Shown: positions 8,134-15,595 of the stretch, one piece after another
Position numbering within the stretch: the first letter of the stretch is position 1
Layout of the letters: every line of letters begins with the position of its first letter
Assembly (NCBI GenBank): GCA_037446635.1
Contig: JBBIIG010000067.1
Coordinates: forward strand, 1-20,379
Direction: 5' to 3'
DNA from: a bacterium
Lineage (GTDB): Bacteria > Zhuqueibacterota > Zhuqueibacteria > Oceanimicrobiales > Oceanimicrobiaceae
DNA: 20,379 bases
The notes under the pieces: generated by a model
Databases searched by the model: none
What the model was told of the DNA's origin: nothing
What the model saw: the letters and a program-made list of their open reading frames with translations, nothing else
Translations under genes and position numbers: made by a program

Positions 8134-9056
8134 AGTCGCAGCCGAATTTTCTCAACGGTTTTTCCGAGCAGCCAGCGCGCGCGGCAGAGCGGGTCGTCGA
8201 GGTAGCCCTGCCATTTGGCGGCGTAGTTTTGAAAAAACGGATCGCCGGTCAACTCCGCGAGAATGTTGAGGAGCTGCACGTGCACGCGCACGTACATCGG
8301 TGAGGCTAAGCGGTTCGTGGGGTGCAGATCGTAGCGATTCCAGAAGCCGGTGTCGTAGCGCCGCAGATTGCGTTTTAAACCGCTCACCGTTTCTTCAAAC
8401 AATTGTTTGGCGATTTGGTCGCCGAAAAATTGGGCGTAGTCATACACTCCCAACAACGCAAAGACGTGTCCGTTCAAAACCAGCGACGGCGGAGTGGTGG
8501 GGAATTCTTCAAAGGCGGCGGTGCCGTCCGGAAAGTTGGCGCACACGCCACCTTCGGCCACCGGCTGGAGAAACGCCCGAAACGCGCGGCGGCAAATCTC
8601 GAGCACCTGTTCGTCGGGACGCAATTGGTGAACCCGCAGCAGCAGCGAAATGCCCTGTCCCTGCGCCATGCCGGAAATCCACGGCGCTTTGGGGCCGTAA
8701 AAGTCGAGATCGAAATCGTAAACCCAGGCGCCGACGCCGTTGCGCCACTCGCGAAAATTTTCCATCAGCCAGCGGGCGGCGTCCAGGCTGCGGCGCAAGG
8801 TCATTTCTTTGCGGTTGACCGCGTACTTTTGCAGATGAAAAAGTCCGAATTGCGCGATGGTGATGGGATTGTAGCGCAGTTCGGCTTTCTTGTCCGCGAA
8901 AGCGGATCGGCTTAGCCGACTAATCCAAACCTGCGGAACGCCTAAATCGTCCAGCGGGTAGTCGAAATTCTCCAAGCCGTTCCAATCGAATGGATAACAC
9001 AGCGGCAGCGGCTGGCCTTTGTTGGCGCGGGTTTTTCTTCTTCGAAATTTGAACAC
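8130..9056 (-). CDS. D-glucuronyl C5-epimerase family protein
   Basis: YNPITIAQFGL, WISGMAQGQGISLLLR, FEEFPTTPPSLVLNGH..ALLGVYD, YDTGFWNRYDL and Y...HVQLL match the GLCE C-terminal domain. The in-frame GTG at 9056, 2 nt after the upstream TAA, is preferred to the track start at 9194. Confidence 0.88.
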   Translation of the reverse strand: MFKFRRRKTRANKGQPLPLCYPFDWNGLENFDYPLDDLGVPQVWISRLSRSAFADKKAELRYNPITIAQFGLFHLQKYAVNRKEMTLRRSLDAARWLMENFREWRNGVGAWVYDFDLDFYGPKAPWISGMAQGQGISLLLRVHQLRPDEQVLEICRRAFRAFLQPVAEGGVCANFPDGTAAFEEFPTTPPSLVLNGHVFALLGVYDYAQFFGDQIAKQLFEETVSGLKRNLRRYDTGFWNRYDLHPTNRLASPMYVRVHVQLLNILAELTGDPFFQNYAAKWQGYLDDPLCRARWLLGKTVEKIRLRL

Positions 9057-9058
9057 GG

Positions 9059-10762
9059 TTAGTTCTTGAATTGGTAAATCCGGATAAGCGGCCCTAAACT
9101 CCAAAAGTTCGGCCGAAACTCGTTCAACAAAATCAAATCCGGAGAATGGAACACGCTTTCGTAAAAGCGCCGGCCGTTCAAATAACTGAACCACAGCGGG
9201 GTATTTTCCTGCGGTTTCGTTCCGCTAAAATAGCGGTCATAATTGTCGCTGGAGGTTAAAATATATTCCGCGCCGGCCGTTTTCACCTTTTCCAATTTGG
9301 GAAGACGGGTTTCCCACAACTGGCGCAAATAGGCGCCCTGCCCGGGATTCTGGATCAGGTTTGCGTTGAGTTCGCGAAAATCTTTGCGGAGATTCAACAG
9401 GTTGAAATAGGGCCGCAGTTGCCGCTCGTGCAGCAGCCGCTCGCGCAGCTCCACCGGCAGCAGCGCGCTTTCCGAAGTATTTTTTAAAAACCGCGCCGGG
9501 TCGAACAGGTTGGGGCCGTAAACGTAATTTTCGTAGGCGATGACGCTGCCGGCGGGAAGGCTGGTTTCGATCCACTCCTGCGCCAGCGCGCGCGAATCTT
9601 TTTGCGTCAAGCGAATGTCCTGATAGATGATTTTGACCGCCGCTGGAAAAAGTACGAGGGCCAGCAGCGCCGCGCGCAGAGTTCTACTTTTAATGATCGC
9701 TAAAATGTCGTTTAAAAAAATCGCCGCCAAAATTGCCAGCGCCGGGAAGATGGGAGCGAGGTAGTGAACGCCGGTGCGGTTCCAGGCGCCCACCGCCAGC
9801 AGCGTCGGCAGCGCAAACGCCAGCAGCAGCCACGATTTGCGCTCGCGCTGAAACAAACCGTAGATCACGCCCGCCACCCAAGCCAGCCCGACGCTCCAAT
9901 CGCGAAACATTAACTCCCACAGCGGCCAGACGATCGGCGCCGCGCTGACGTGGCCGATCATCCCCTCGCGCACGTGGCCGAGGGTGTAGCAGAACGTCTC
10001 CCAAAATTTTGAAAACAGCGGCACGAAGTAGGGCGTGCCGATCAGAAATCCGAGGACAAATGCTGCGGCGCTCATTCCAAAGTGAATGAAAAAACGCGTG
10101 GGCTCGGATTTATATTTTAAGAAGATCGAAACCAGCAGCGGCAGCAGCGCCAGCGCGGCGTTATACTTGGTGGAAAGCGCCAGCCCGGCAAGTACGCCGG
10201 CGATGGCATTCAAACGCGGAGTTGGGTTCTCGTTAAATCGTAAAATAAAAAACAGCGCTGCGGCGCACAACAACACTACCAGCGGCTCAAGCAAAATCCA
10301 ATGGGAAAGATCGGTGTGGGTGAAGCTCAGCGCCAGCAGTGCGGCGGCCAGCACGCCGGTTGTTTTCGAAAAAAATCGTGCGCCGATTTTGTAAACAATG
10401 GCGACCGCGGCGGTTCCCAAAATTACACTGGCAAAGCGCCCAACCCAATAAAGTCCAGTGGGGTTCAAAAAATACGCGGCGCCAAAATCGACGGCGCTTT
10501 GCCAAAGGCCGGCAACTTTGCCGGCGACAAAATATAAGCCGTAAATGAAAAATAGAAAATAGGAGTAGAGGCTGGGATAAACGAAGTAGGTGGGCTGCAA
10601 GCTTTTTTTGGCGCCGTAGCTTAGGGCGCTGACGAGATTGGCGGGCTCGTCGGAGTGGTACTGCGCCGGCAGCCCGTACCAGATGCCCACGAATTGCAGC
10701 ACGAACGCGCTGGCCAAAATGATCGGCAGCCAATTGCAGTCGGCGTTGCGTTGGGTGGTCAT
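9059..10762 (-). CDS. GT-C fold membrane glycosyltransferase (ArnT/PMT-like, GT83/GT39 type)
   Basis: Many TM helices, a DE motif (YHSDE) after TM1, F.YPSLY, GRFASVILG, GLALSTKY, then a soluble C-terminal domain starting near DSRALAQEWIE. Confidence 0.85.
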   Translation of the reverse strand: MTTQRNADCNWLPIILASAFVLQFVGIWYGLPAQYHSDEPANLVSALSYGAKKSLQPTYFVYPSLYSYFLFFIYGLYFVAGKVAGLWQSAVDFGAAYFLNPTGLYWVGRFASVILGTAAVAIVYKIGARFFSKTTGVLAAALLALSFTHTDLSHWILLEPLVVLLCAAALFFILRFNENPTPRLNAIAGVLAGLALSTKYNAALALLPLLVSIFLKYKSEPTRFFIHFGMSAAAFVLGFLIGTPYFVPLFSKFWETFCYTLGHVREGMIGHVSAAPIVWPLWELMFRDWSVGLAWVAGVIYGLFQRERKSWLLLAFALPTLLAVGAWNRTGVHYLAPIFPALAILAAIFLNDILAIIKSRTLRAALLALVLFPAAVKIIYQDIRLTQKDSRALAQEWIETSLPAGSVIAYENYVYGPNLFDPARFLKNTSESALLPVELRERLLHERQLRPYFNLLNLRKDFRELNANLIQNPGQGAYLRQLWETRLPKLEKVKTAGAEYILTSSDNYDRYFSGTKPQENTPLWFSYLNGRRFYESVFHSPDLILLNEFRPNFWSLGPLIRIYQFKN

Positions 10763-12243
10763 CCGGCGGACTCGCTTCTTACTGGCCCCAGCCGGCTGGC
10801 AACCATGCGCTTCAACGCCGCCAGCTCACGGCGATCAAAAAATCCCGCTGCATAAAGCGCCAGCGGGAAGGCCACCAGCAGCAGCGCTTTTACGAAATTC
10901 ATCCAGAAACCGTGCAGATAGTAACCGCTGTAAAAGATCACCACCGCGACCACGGCTAATTTGAAAATGCGGGAAAACTCATACGAAATGGGGTAGTACT
11001 TTTGCGCGAAGGCATAAAGTAAAATGGCCATGACCGCGTAACCCAGCAGGGTGGCGTAGGCCGATCCCATCATACCGAAAATTGGGATGAGCAAAATGTT
11101 GGCAAAGATGTTTGCTGCCGCGCCCACCCCGGTGATGATGGGCAGGTAGCTGGTTTTCTTTTCAAGATAAATGCCCACCATGAAGTTGACGTAGATACCG
11201 TAAATCAAGTACGACAGCAGAACCACCGGCACCACCACCGTGCCCTTCCAATAGTCTTCGCCAAAAATCGTCCAGCCAAAAATTTTCAGGCGCACCAGCT
11301 CATCTACAAAAAAAGAAATCGCCAAAAAGATGACGGCGGCGACGAACACAAAATAGGTCAGCACTTTTGCGAAAACGTCTTTGGCGTTTTCCTGTTTGGA
11401 GGTGGAAAGAAAAAACGGCGGCCAGGCGAAGCGAAACGCCGCCACCACCAGACTCATGAAAATGCCTAATTTGTAGCCGGCCGAAAAGATGCCAGTGATT
11501 TCGAGGCCGGCCATTTTTTCCAGAATGAAGCGGTTGCCGAGATCCAAAACTACCACCGCCAGCGCCGCCGGCACGTAGGGCAGCCCGAATTTGAGAAGCT
11601 CGTTGAAATCTGTCCACGAGAACAGTCGGCCAATGTTGCGAAACAAAATCGGCAGCGTCAAAACAAAGGTGACGGCCGAAGCCCAGAGGTTCGCCCAAAA
11701 AATTCCTTCCACGCCTTTGCGCAGATAGACGAGAAACAGGACGTTCATGGCGACGTTGATCAACACGTTGATGAATTTCATCAGCACGAATTGGCGCGAG
11801 CGTTCTTCGGCGCGCAAATAGAGCAGCGGCAAAAACGCCAGGGCATCGAACAACAGAATCAGGCTGGTCAATCGAAAGAGCCGGGAGTAGTCGCCTTCGG
11901 AGATCACCCACCGCGAGACGGTGCCAGCGAAGCCGTACATCAAAACGGTGAAAAGGGCGGCAAAGGCACACACCGCCCAAAACGCGGTGCTGAACACCTG
12001 CTTGCGTTTTTTGGGATCATCGCTCAAAATGAAATAGCGCAGAAAGGCGGCGTCGAGGCCGAAGGTGTAAACGATGGTCATGATCGCCAGCACCGAAAAC
12101 ACCAGCGTGGAGACGCCGAAGTCCGCTGGCGTCAGCCAATTGGTGTGCAGCGGCAGCAGCACGAAATTCACCAGCCGCGAAACAATGTGCCCGAAACCGT
12201 AAACCGCGGAATGCCGAGTGAGGCGTTTGATGCTGGTCAACAT
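10759..12243 (-). CDS. Oligosaccharide flippase (Wzx-like, MOP superfamily)
   Basis: About 12-14 TM segments. LTRHSAVYGFG..SRLVNFVLLPL...LTPADFG, FGLDAAFLRY, ELLKFGLP, GIFSAGYKLG and ANILLIPIFGMMGSAYAT. Confidence 0.92.
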   Translation of the reverse strand: MLTSIKRLTRHSAVYGFGHIVSRLVNFVLLPLHTNWLTPADFGVSTLVFSVLAIMTIVYTFGLDAAFLRYFILSDDPKKRKQVFSTAFWAVCAFAALFTVLMYGFAGTVSRWVISEGDYSRLFRLTSLILLFDALAFLPLLYLRAEERSRQFVLMKFINVLINVAMNVLFLVYLRKGVEGIFWANLWASAVTFVLTLPILFRNIGRLFSWTDFNELLKFGLPYVPAALAVVVLDLGNRFILEKMAGLEITGIFSAGYKLGIFMSLVVAAFRFAWPPFFLSTSKQENAKDVFAKVLTYFVFVAAVIFLAISFFVDELVRLKIFGWTIFGEDYWKGTVVVPVVLLSYLIYGIYVNFMVGIYLEKKTSYLPIITGVGAAANIFANILLIPIFGMMGSAYATLLGYAVMAILLYAFAQKYYPISYEFSRIFKLAVVAVVIFYSGYYLHGFWMNFVKALLLVAFPLALYAAGFFDRRELAALKRMVASRLGPVRSESAG

Positions 12244-12294
12244 TTTTGATTTTCATCCTCGAGGTGGAGAAGAGGCCGCCAACGAAAACGGCAT

Positions 12295-12323
12295 AATATA
12301 TTCACGCTGCGCAGAAAAGTCAA
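12295..12323 (-). promoter_or_regulatory. Sigma70-type promoter of the flippase-to-rhomboid operon
   Basis: TTGACT (12323-12318), N17, TATATT (12300-12295). The hexamers are identical to those of the tRNA promoter, and it lies about 50 nt before the flippase ATG. Confidence 0.7.
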
Positions 12324-12346
12324 CGGCAGAAATCCGGCTTTTGCAT

Positions 12347-12427
12347 TTGTTCCCACGCTGCGGGGACAAGTGTGCCTGCGTCGGAACAAGCGCCGGTCTC
12401 GCTCCCACGCGGAGCTTGGGAGCGAGA
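12347..12427. repeat. REP-like palindromes: degenerate copy at 12347-12369 and intact copy at 12397-12427
   Basis: tctcgctccca-cgcggagct-tgggagcgaga has an 11-bp perfect stem. ttgttcccacgctgcggggacaa is a decayed relative. Same family as 13100-13130. Confidence 0.7.
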
Positions 12428-12465
12428 GAGGGGAGAGTGGGTCGAGAGAAGGTGGAACTAAGAAA

Positions 12466-12930
12466 CTATTTCAAATTCAAATAGACGCCGATGTTGTTGT
12501 GCACCACGAAACCGTACAGCACATTGAGCGCGCCCAGCGCAATATACGCCGCCGGTTTGTTTTGCTTTTTCACATAGGATAGCCCCAGCAGCACGCCCGC
12601 CGTCATGCCGCCTTTGAAAATCACCGCGGCCGGCCGATTTTTGATGACCAGGCGCGCCACGGGGTTGGCCTCCTCGGCGCCTTTATCCAGGCCGTAAAAC
12701 GTGGTGATCAAATCCGCGGCGTTGAGCGCAATGTAATTGATTTCGAGACCGGTATAGAGCCAATCGCTGCCGCTGCTGCCGCCGGGTTGTACCGTTTTAT
12801 CCGAATAATAGATAGACGGGCGATGAAATTTTCTTAGAGAATCTGGTTCTTGCGCCAACGTTGATTTACCAAACACCAACACCAGCAAACCCGCGGTTGC
12901 CCAAACATAACGAAGTCCTTTTCTCATCAT
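12466..12930 (-). CDS. Small membrane or secreted hypothetical protein with a DUF5658-like domain
   Basis: Signal-peptide-like N-terminus, then ADLITTFYGLDKGAEEANPVA (D..TT..G..G..E.NP pattern) and two further hydrophobic helices. SD AAGGA precedes the ATG at 12930. Confidence 0.7.
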   Translation of the reverse strand: MMRKGLRYVWATAGLLVLVFGKSTLAQEPDSLRKFHRPSIYYSDKTVQPGGSSGSDWLYTGLEINYIALNAADLITTFYGLDKGAEEANPVARLVIKNRPAAVIFKGGMTAGVLLGLSYVKKQNKPAAYIALGALNVLYGFVVHNNIGVYLNLK

Positions 12931-12962
12931 CAAAGCTTCCTTTTGTTAATCATCGCATCAAA

Positions 12963-12995
12963 ACGTGCCAGGCGCTTTAAAAGTGCCTGGCACGT
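12963..12995. repeat. Long near-perfect palindrome (second REP-like type or terminator-like hairpin)
   Basis: acgtgccaggcgcttt-a-aaagtgcctggcacgt has 16-bp arms with a single G.T position. Confidence 0.65.
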
Positions 12996-13099
12996 CCGCT
13001 CAATCAGCGGAAATGACATTTATAGTTTCGGAAGCAATTGGGAGGAGTTTAACGCAAATCGCGGAATGATTTTTTAATCAGGGGAAATTTCTCCGTCAG

Positions 13100-13130
13100 A
13101 CTCGCTCCCACGCTCTGCGTGGGAGCGAGT
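13100..13130. repeat. REP-like palindrome downstream of the GWxTD gene
   Basis: actcgctcccacgc-tct-gcgtgggagcgagt has a 14-bp perfect stem. Its core matches the reverse complement of 12398-12426 at 27 of 29 positions. Confidence 0.75.
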
Positions 13131-13164
13131 GCTACGAGTTTAACGCGATAGCAAAAGATTTTTA

Positions 13165-15066
13165 TCAGCCGGAAATTCGAAAGACGGCTTTGCGGGTTTT
13201 CTTTTGTTTGGTGGCTTTGTTGGTTACGGTGAGCACCAGCTCGTAATCTCCCGGGACGAGCTTGTGAATATCGATCTGCAGGGTGCGCTTCATACTGCGA
13301 TCGGTGGTGTCGAAGCTGAACAATTTTTCGGTGACTTCTTCAACTTTGTCGCTTTTGCTTTTTTCTTTGAAGCGTTTGATTTCGCAGAAAAGGTTTAGGG
13401 TCGGGCGGTTTTTTAAATGATAGATTTCCAGATAGACCTGCATGGTTGGCAGCCGTTTGAAAATGTAGCGTGGGATGACCGGCAAAGGATAATTCAAGGC
13501 CTTACGCAGCGACTCGGTGGTTTCGATGCCAAGAATCAAGTCGCTCACCTCGAACTCAGTGGAATCGGACGCCAGGGGGGTAATTTTCCCCAAAAATGTT
13601 GCGCCGATGCCGATGACTTTGGCGGTGTCGGGTATATCTTCCGCCTTGAGCTCGGCTCTGCGCACATCGAATAAAACTTTTTCGGAGACCAGAGTGTAGT
13701 GGCTGGCGAAGCCGGGTTGCGGCAAATTGAACAGAGAGGTGTTGACGTTTTTCAACGCCGGGTAGTCCACTAATTTTTGCTGCAGGTTCCAATCCTCGTC
13801 ATAGGCCAGCAGAATGTGCCGATATTTGAATTTTGATGATTTTTCTTCTGCGAAGAAGGTGGTGAAATCGAGATCGTCGTAGGCCGCAGTGGTGGAAACC
13901 GCCATCAAACACAAGCGTGAGGTGTGAGACTCCTCAAGATAACGGAATGAATAATATTTCATGGCCAGCGGCTCCAGCCCCTCGAGGGCGTCGGTGCGGT
14001 CACTGGGTAAATATTTGAACTGGATAGTGGCCTGATCGAGGTTGCGATAATGGTTAATCAAGCTCTGCACCACGTCGTAGTCGGGGCTCAGGCGGCCGCT
14101 GGCGCGGGCGTTGGACCACAGCGCTTCCAACTCGCGATAGCGATCGAGGTAAAAACGATCGACCAGCACCAACTGACTGTAGTACATCAACTGCAGCAGG
14201 GCGCCCGGTAAAATGCCGCGCGTGGTTTGGGTGCTGCTGCGGCGAAAGGCGCGCTCCGGGATGAGGTCTTCGGGGCCGGTGCGCAAACCGTATTTGGAGA
14301 AGCCCTCATTTTTGCCAAACATAAAAATAGTAGATTCATTTTTGCGGAGATTTTTGTAAATCCAGATTTCGAAATCCGGGTTGTTGTTGAAGCGCTGAAT
14401 TTCCTGGCGTAAAAGGAAGTCGTCGAGCCAGCGCATGATCTCCAGTTGGTCTGAGCCAAAGTTGCCGCTGTATTTCTGCTCCGGCGCGCCGTATTTCACG
14501 AACACCAATCCGCGGTCGTCGCTTCCGTAAACCGTGGTGTTTTCGCTTTGGAATTTTTCTCGGGCGTGGGCAATGCGCTCCCAGTGTTCGATGAGGCGTT
14601 CGTTGAAGCTGGTGGTGGGGATGGGGTCTTTGCTGATCCAATATCCGCGAATATTTTTGCCCAGAGAAGGATCGGCATTTTTTAAAAGTTTGCGCCAGAC
14701 GGAATATTCGTCTTCGCTTAGAATGGGCGCAATACGTTCAACCTCGTTTTCGAATTCTTCTTTGAAGAAATTGACGTCGCCGGCAAGCCCCCAGAAATAA
14801 ATCTGGTTGGCTCTGTCGTAATAATCGGTGGCTTGTTTTTGGGTGGTGAGCTCGATGAACGCGAAGCCGATGCGCGGATCGGGCTGGGTGTTTCGACCGG
14901 AGGTGGAATCAAACGCGGCCCACCAGGTATCGAGAGCGGCCTGCCAGTCGCCGCTGTCGCGTTGTTCGATTCCTTGCTGATATAAGTCTGAAGCACTGGA
15001 TGAGGAGGCTTGCAATAGTAGAAGTACAATGAGAAGGAGAAATTTTAAACAGAAATGTGACAGCAT
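13165..15066 (-). CDS. Secreted GWxTD-domain-like protein with a variant motif
   Basis: Signal peptide and a TPR-like N-terminal segment. YWISKDPIPTTSFNERLIEHWERIAHAREKF...YGSDDRGLVFVKYGAP...EIWIY follows the GWxTD domain pattern. Typical C-terminal VSDL..G..VYLEIYHL..LVPGDYELVLTV region. Confidence 0.82.
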   Translation of the reverse strand: MLSHFCLKFLLLIVLLLLQASSSSASDLYQQGIEQRDSGDWQAALDTWWAAFDSTSGRNTQPDPRIGFAFIELTTQKQATDYYDRANQIYFWGLAGDVNFFKEEFENEVERIAPILSEDEYSVWRKLLKNADPSLGKNIRGYWISKDPIPTTSFNERLIEHWERIAHAREKFQSENTTVYGSDDRGLVFVKYGAPEQKYSGNFGSDQLEIMRWLDDFLLRQEIQRFNNNPDFEIWIYKNLRKNESTIFMFGKNEGFSKYGLRTGPEDLIPERAFRRSSTQTTRGILPGALLQLMYYSQLVLVDRFYLDRYRELEALWSNARASGRLSPDYDVVQSLINHYRNLDQATIQFKYLPSDRTDALEGLEPLAMKYYSFRYLEESHTSRLCLMAVSTTAAYDDLDFTTFFAEEKSSKFKYRHILLAYDEDWNLQQKLVDYPALKNVNTSLFNLPQPGFASHYTLVSEKVLFDVRRAELKAEDIPDTAKVIGIGATFLGKITPLASDSTEFEVSDLILGIETTESLRKALNYPLPVIPRYIFKRLPTMQVYLEIYHLKNRPTLNLFCEIKRFKEKSKSDKVEEVTEKLFSFDTTDRSMKRTLQIDIHKLVPGDYELVLTVTNKATKQKKTRKAVFRISG

Positions 15067-15078
15067 GATTGAAAGCAG

Positions 15079-15141
15079 CTACCTTTCCGAAGAAGATTTT
15101 TTAGGGTGATCCTCTCGGTATGAAATTATGAAAGCAAACAT
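15079..15141 (-). pseudogene. 20-aa truncated paralogue (MFAFIISYREDHPKKSSSER) of the adjacent 38-aa peptide
   Basis: ATG at 15141, TAG at 15081-15079. Shares FIISY[K/R]EDHPKK and SSE[K/R] with 15151-15267 but lacks most of the TM helix and has no clear SD. Confidence 0.5.
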
Positions 15142-15150
15142 CAACTCATT

Positions 15151-15267
15151 TCAACTTTTCTCTGATGAGGTAGATTTTTTCTTAGGGTGATCTTCCTTAT
15201 ATGATATAATAAATCCCCACAAAGCCACTAATACCAATGCAATTAATATAAAGTGATATCCTTCCAT
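15151..15267 (-). CDS. 38-aa single-TM peptide MEGYHFILIALVLVALWGFIISYKEDHPKKKSTSSEKS (not in the ORF track)
   Basis: SD AAGGAG 6 nt upstream, inside the end of the preceding gene. ATG lies 1 nt after that gene's TAA. Hydrophobic core plus charged tail, and synonymous divergence from its paralogue. Confidence 0.75.
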   Translation of the reverse strand: MEGYHFILIALVLVALWGFIISYKEDHPKKKSTSSEKS

Positions 15268-15268
15268 G

Positions 15269-15463
15269 TTATGCTCCTTTTTTGGGTGGAATAATATAAA
15301 AAGCCAATAACAACAAAAGACCAACTATTGCAGCAAGATAGAACCCACCAATTAGTGATAAGCTGTCCGTCAGAATACCTCCTATCAAACCGACAGTAGC
15401 CAGATACTTCGCCACATCCATCAACATCCGTCCCAATTCTTTCCTGCGTTCATCATGCCGCAT
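15269..15463 (-). CDS. 64-aa two-TM small membrane protein (resembles the DUF6722 family)
   Basis: SD GGAGG before the ATG at 15463. MRHDERRKELGRMLMDVAKYLATVGLIGG contains the KELGxxLxDxAKY pattern recalled for DUF6722. The track's extension to 15583 crosses the terminator and is unlikely. Confidence 0.75.
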   Translation of the reverse strand: MRHDERRKELGRMLMDVAKYLATVGLIGGILTDSLSLIGGFYLAAIVGLLLLLAFYIIPPKKGA

Positions 15464-15491
15464 GCTTCCTCCATCCCAAATACTCTCAAAA

Positions 15492-15519
15492 AAGATAGCA
15501 AAAATAAAATTTAACGCAA
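15492..15519 (-). promoter_or_regulatory. Candidate sigma70-type promoter for the small-peptide cassette
   Basis: TTGCGT (15519-15514), a 16-nt spacer ending in TGc, then TATCTT (15497-15492). Same architecture as the tRNA promoter, immediately after the susD terminator. Confidence 0.55.
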
Positions 15520-15523
15520 GCCT

Positions 15524-15571
15524 AAAATAAGAAGTCCATCGCGGGGGAGTGGACGCCCCTGCGATGGACTT
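15524..15571 (-). terminator. Intrinsic terminator after susD
   Basis: 16-bp stem aagtccatcgcggggg (15532-15547) / cccctgcgatggactt (15556-15571) with one imperfect position, followed on the - strand by cttatttt. Confidence 0.75.
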
Positions 15572-15595
15572 AGATTTTTTCAAGGAAGTTGGAAA

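Noticed and set aside
9027..9056. Twin-arginine export signal in the epimerase (FKFRRRK)
   Set aside because: No hydrophobic h-region or cleavage site follows the arginines.
9057..9194. 46-aa N-terminal extension of the C5-epimerase overlapping the GT-C gene by 136 nt
   Set aside because: An in-frame GTG at 9056 directly follows the upstream stop and fits translational coupling. The extension shows no family features.
15151..15153. TGA as selenocysteine or evidence of an alternative genetic code
   Set aside because: No SECIS-like hairpin is evident after it, the context is not redox-like, and TGA is a normal stop for several other genes here.
15094..15213. Repeats as a degenerate CRISPR array
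   Set aside because: Only two imperfect copies, no cas genes, and the differences follow codon third positions, so a coding duplication explains them.
15464..15583. N-terminal 40 aa of the track's 104-aa ORF
   Set aside because: It runs through the susD terminator and the candidate promoter. A strong GGAGG precedes the ATG at 15463.
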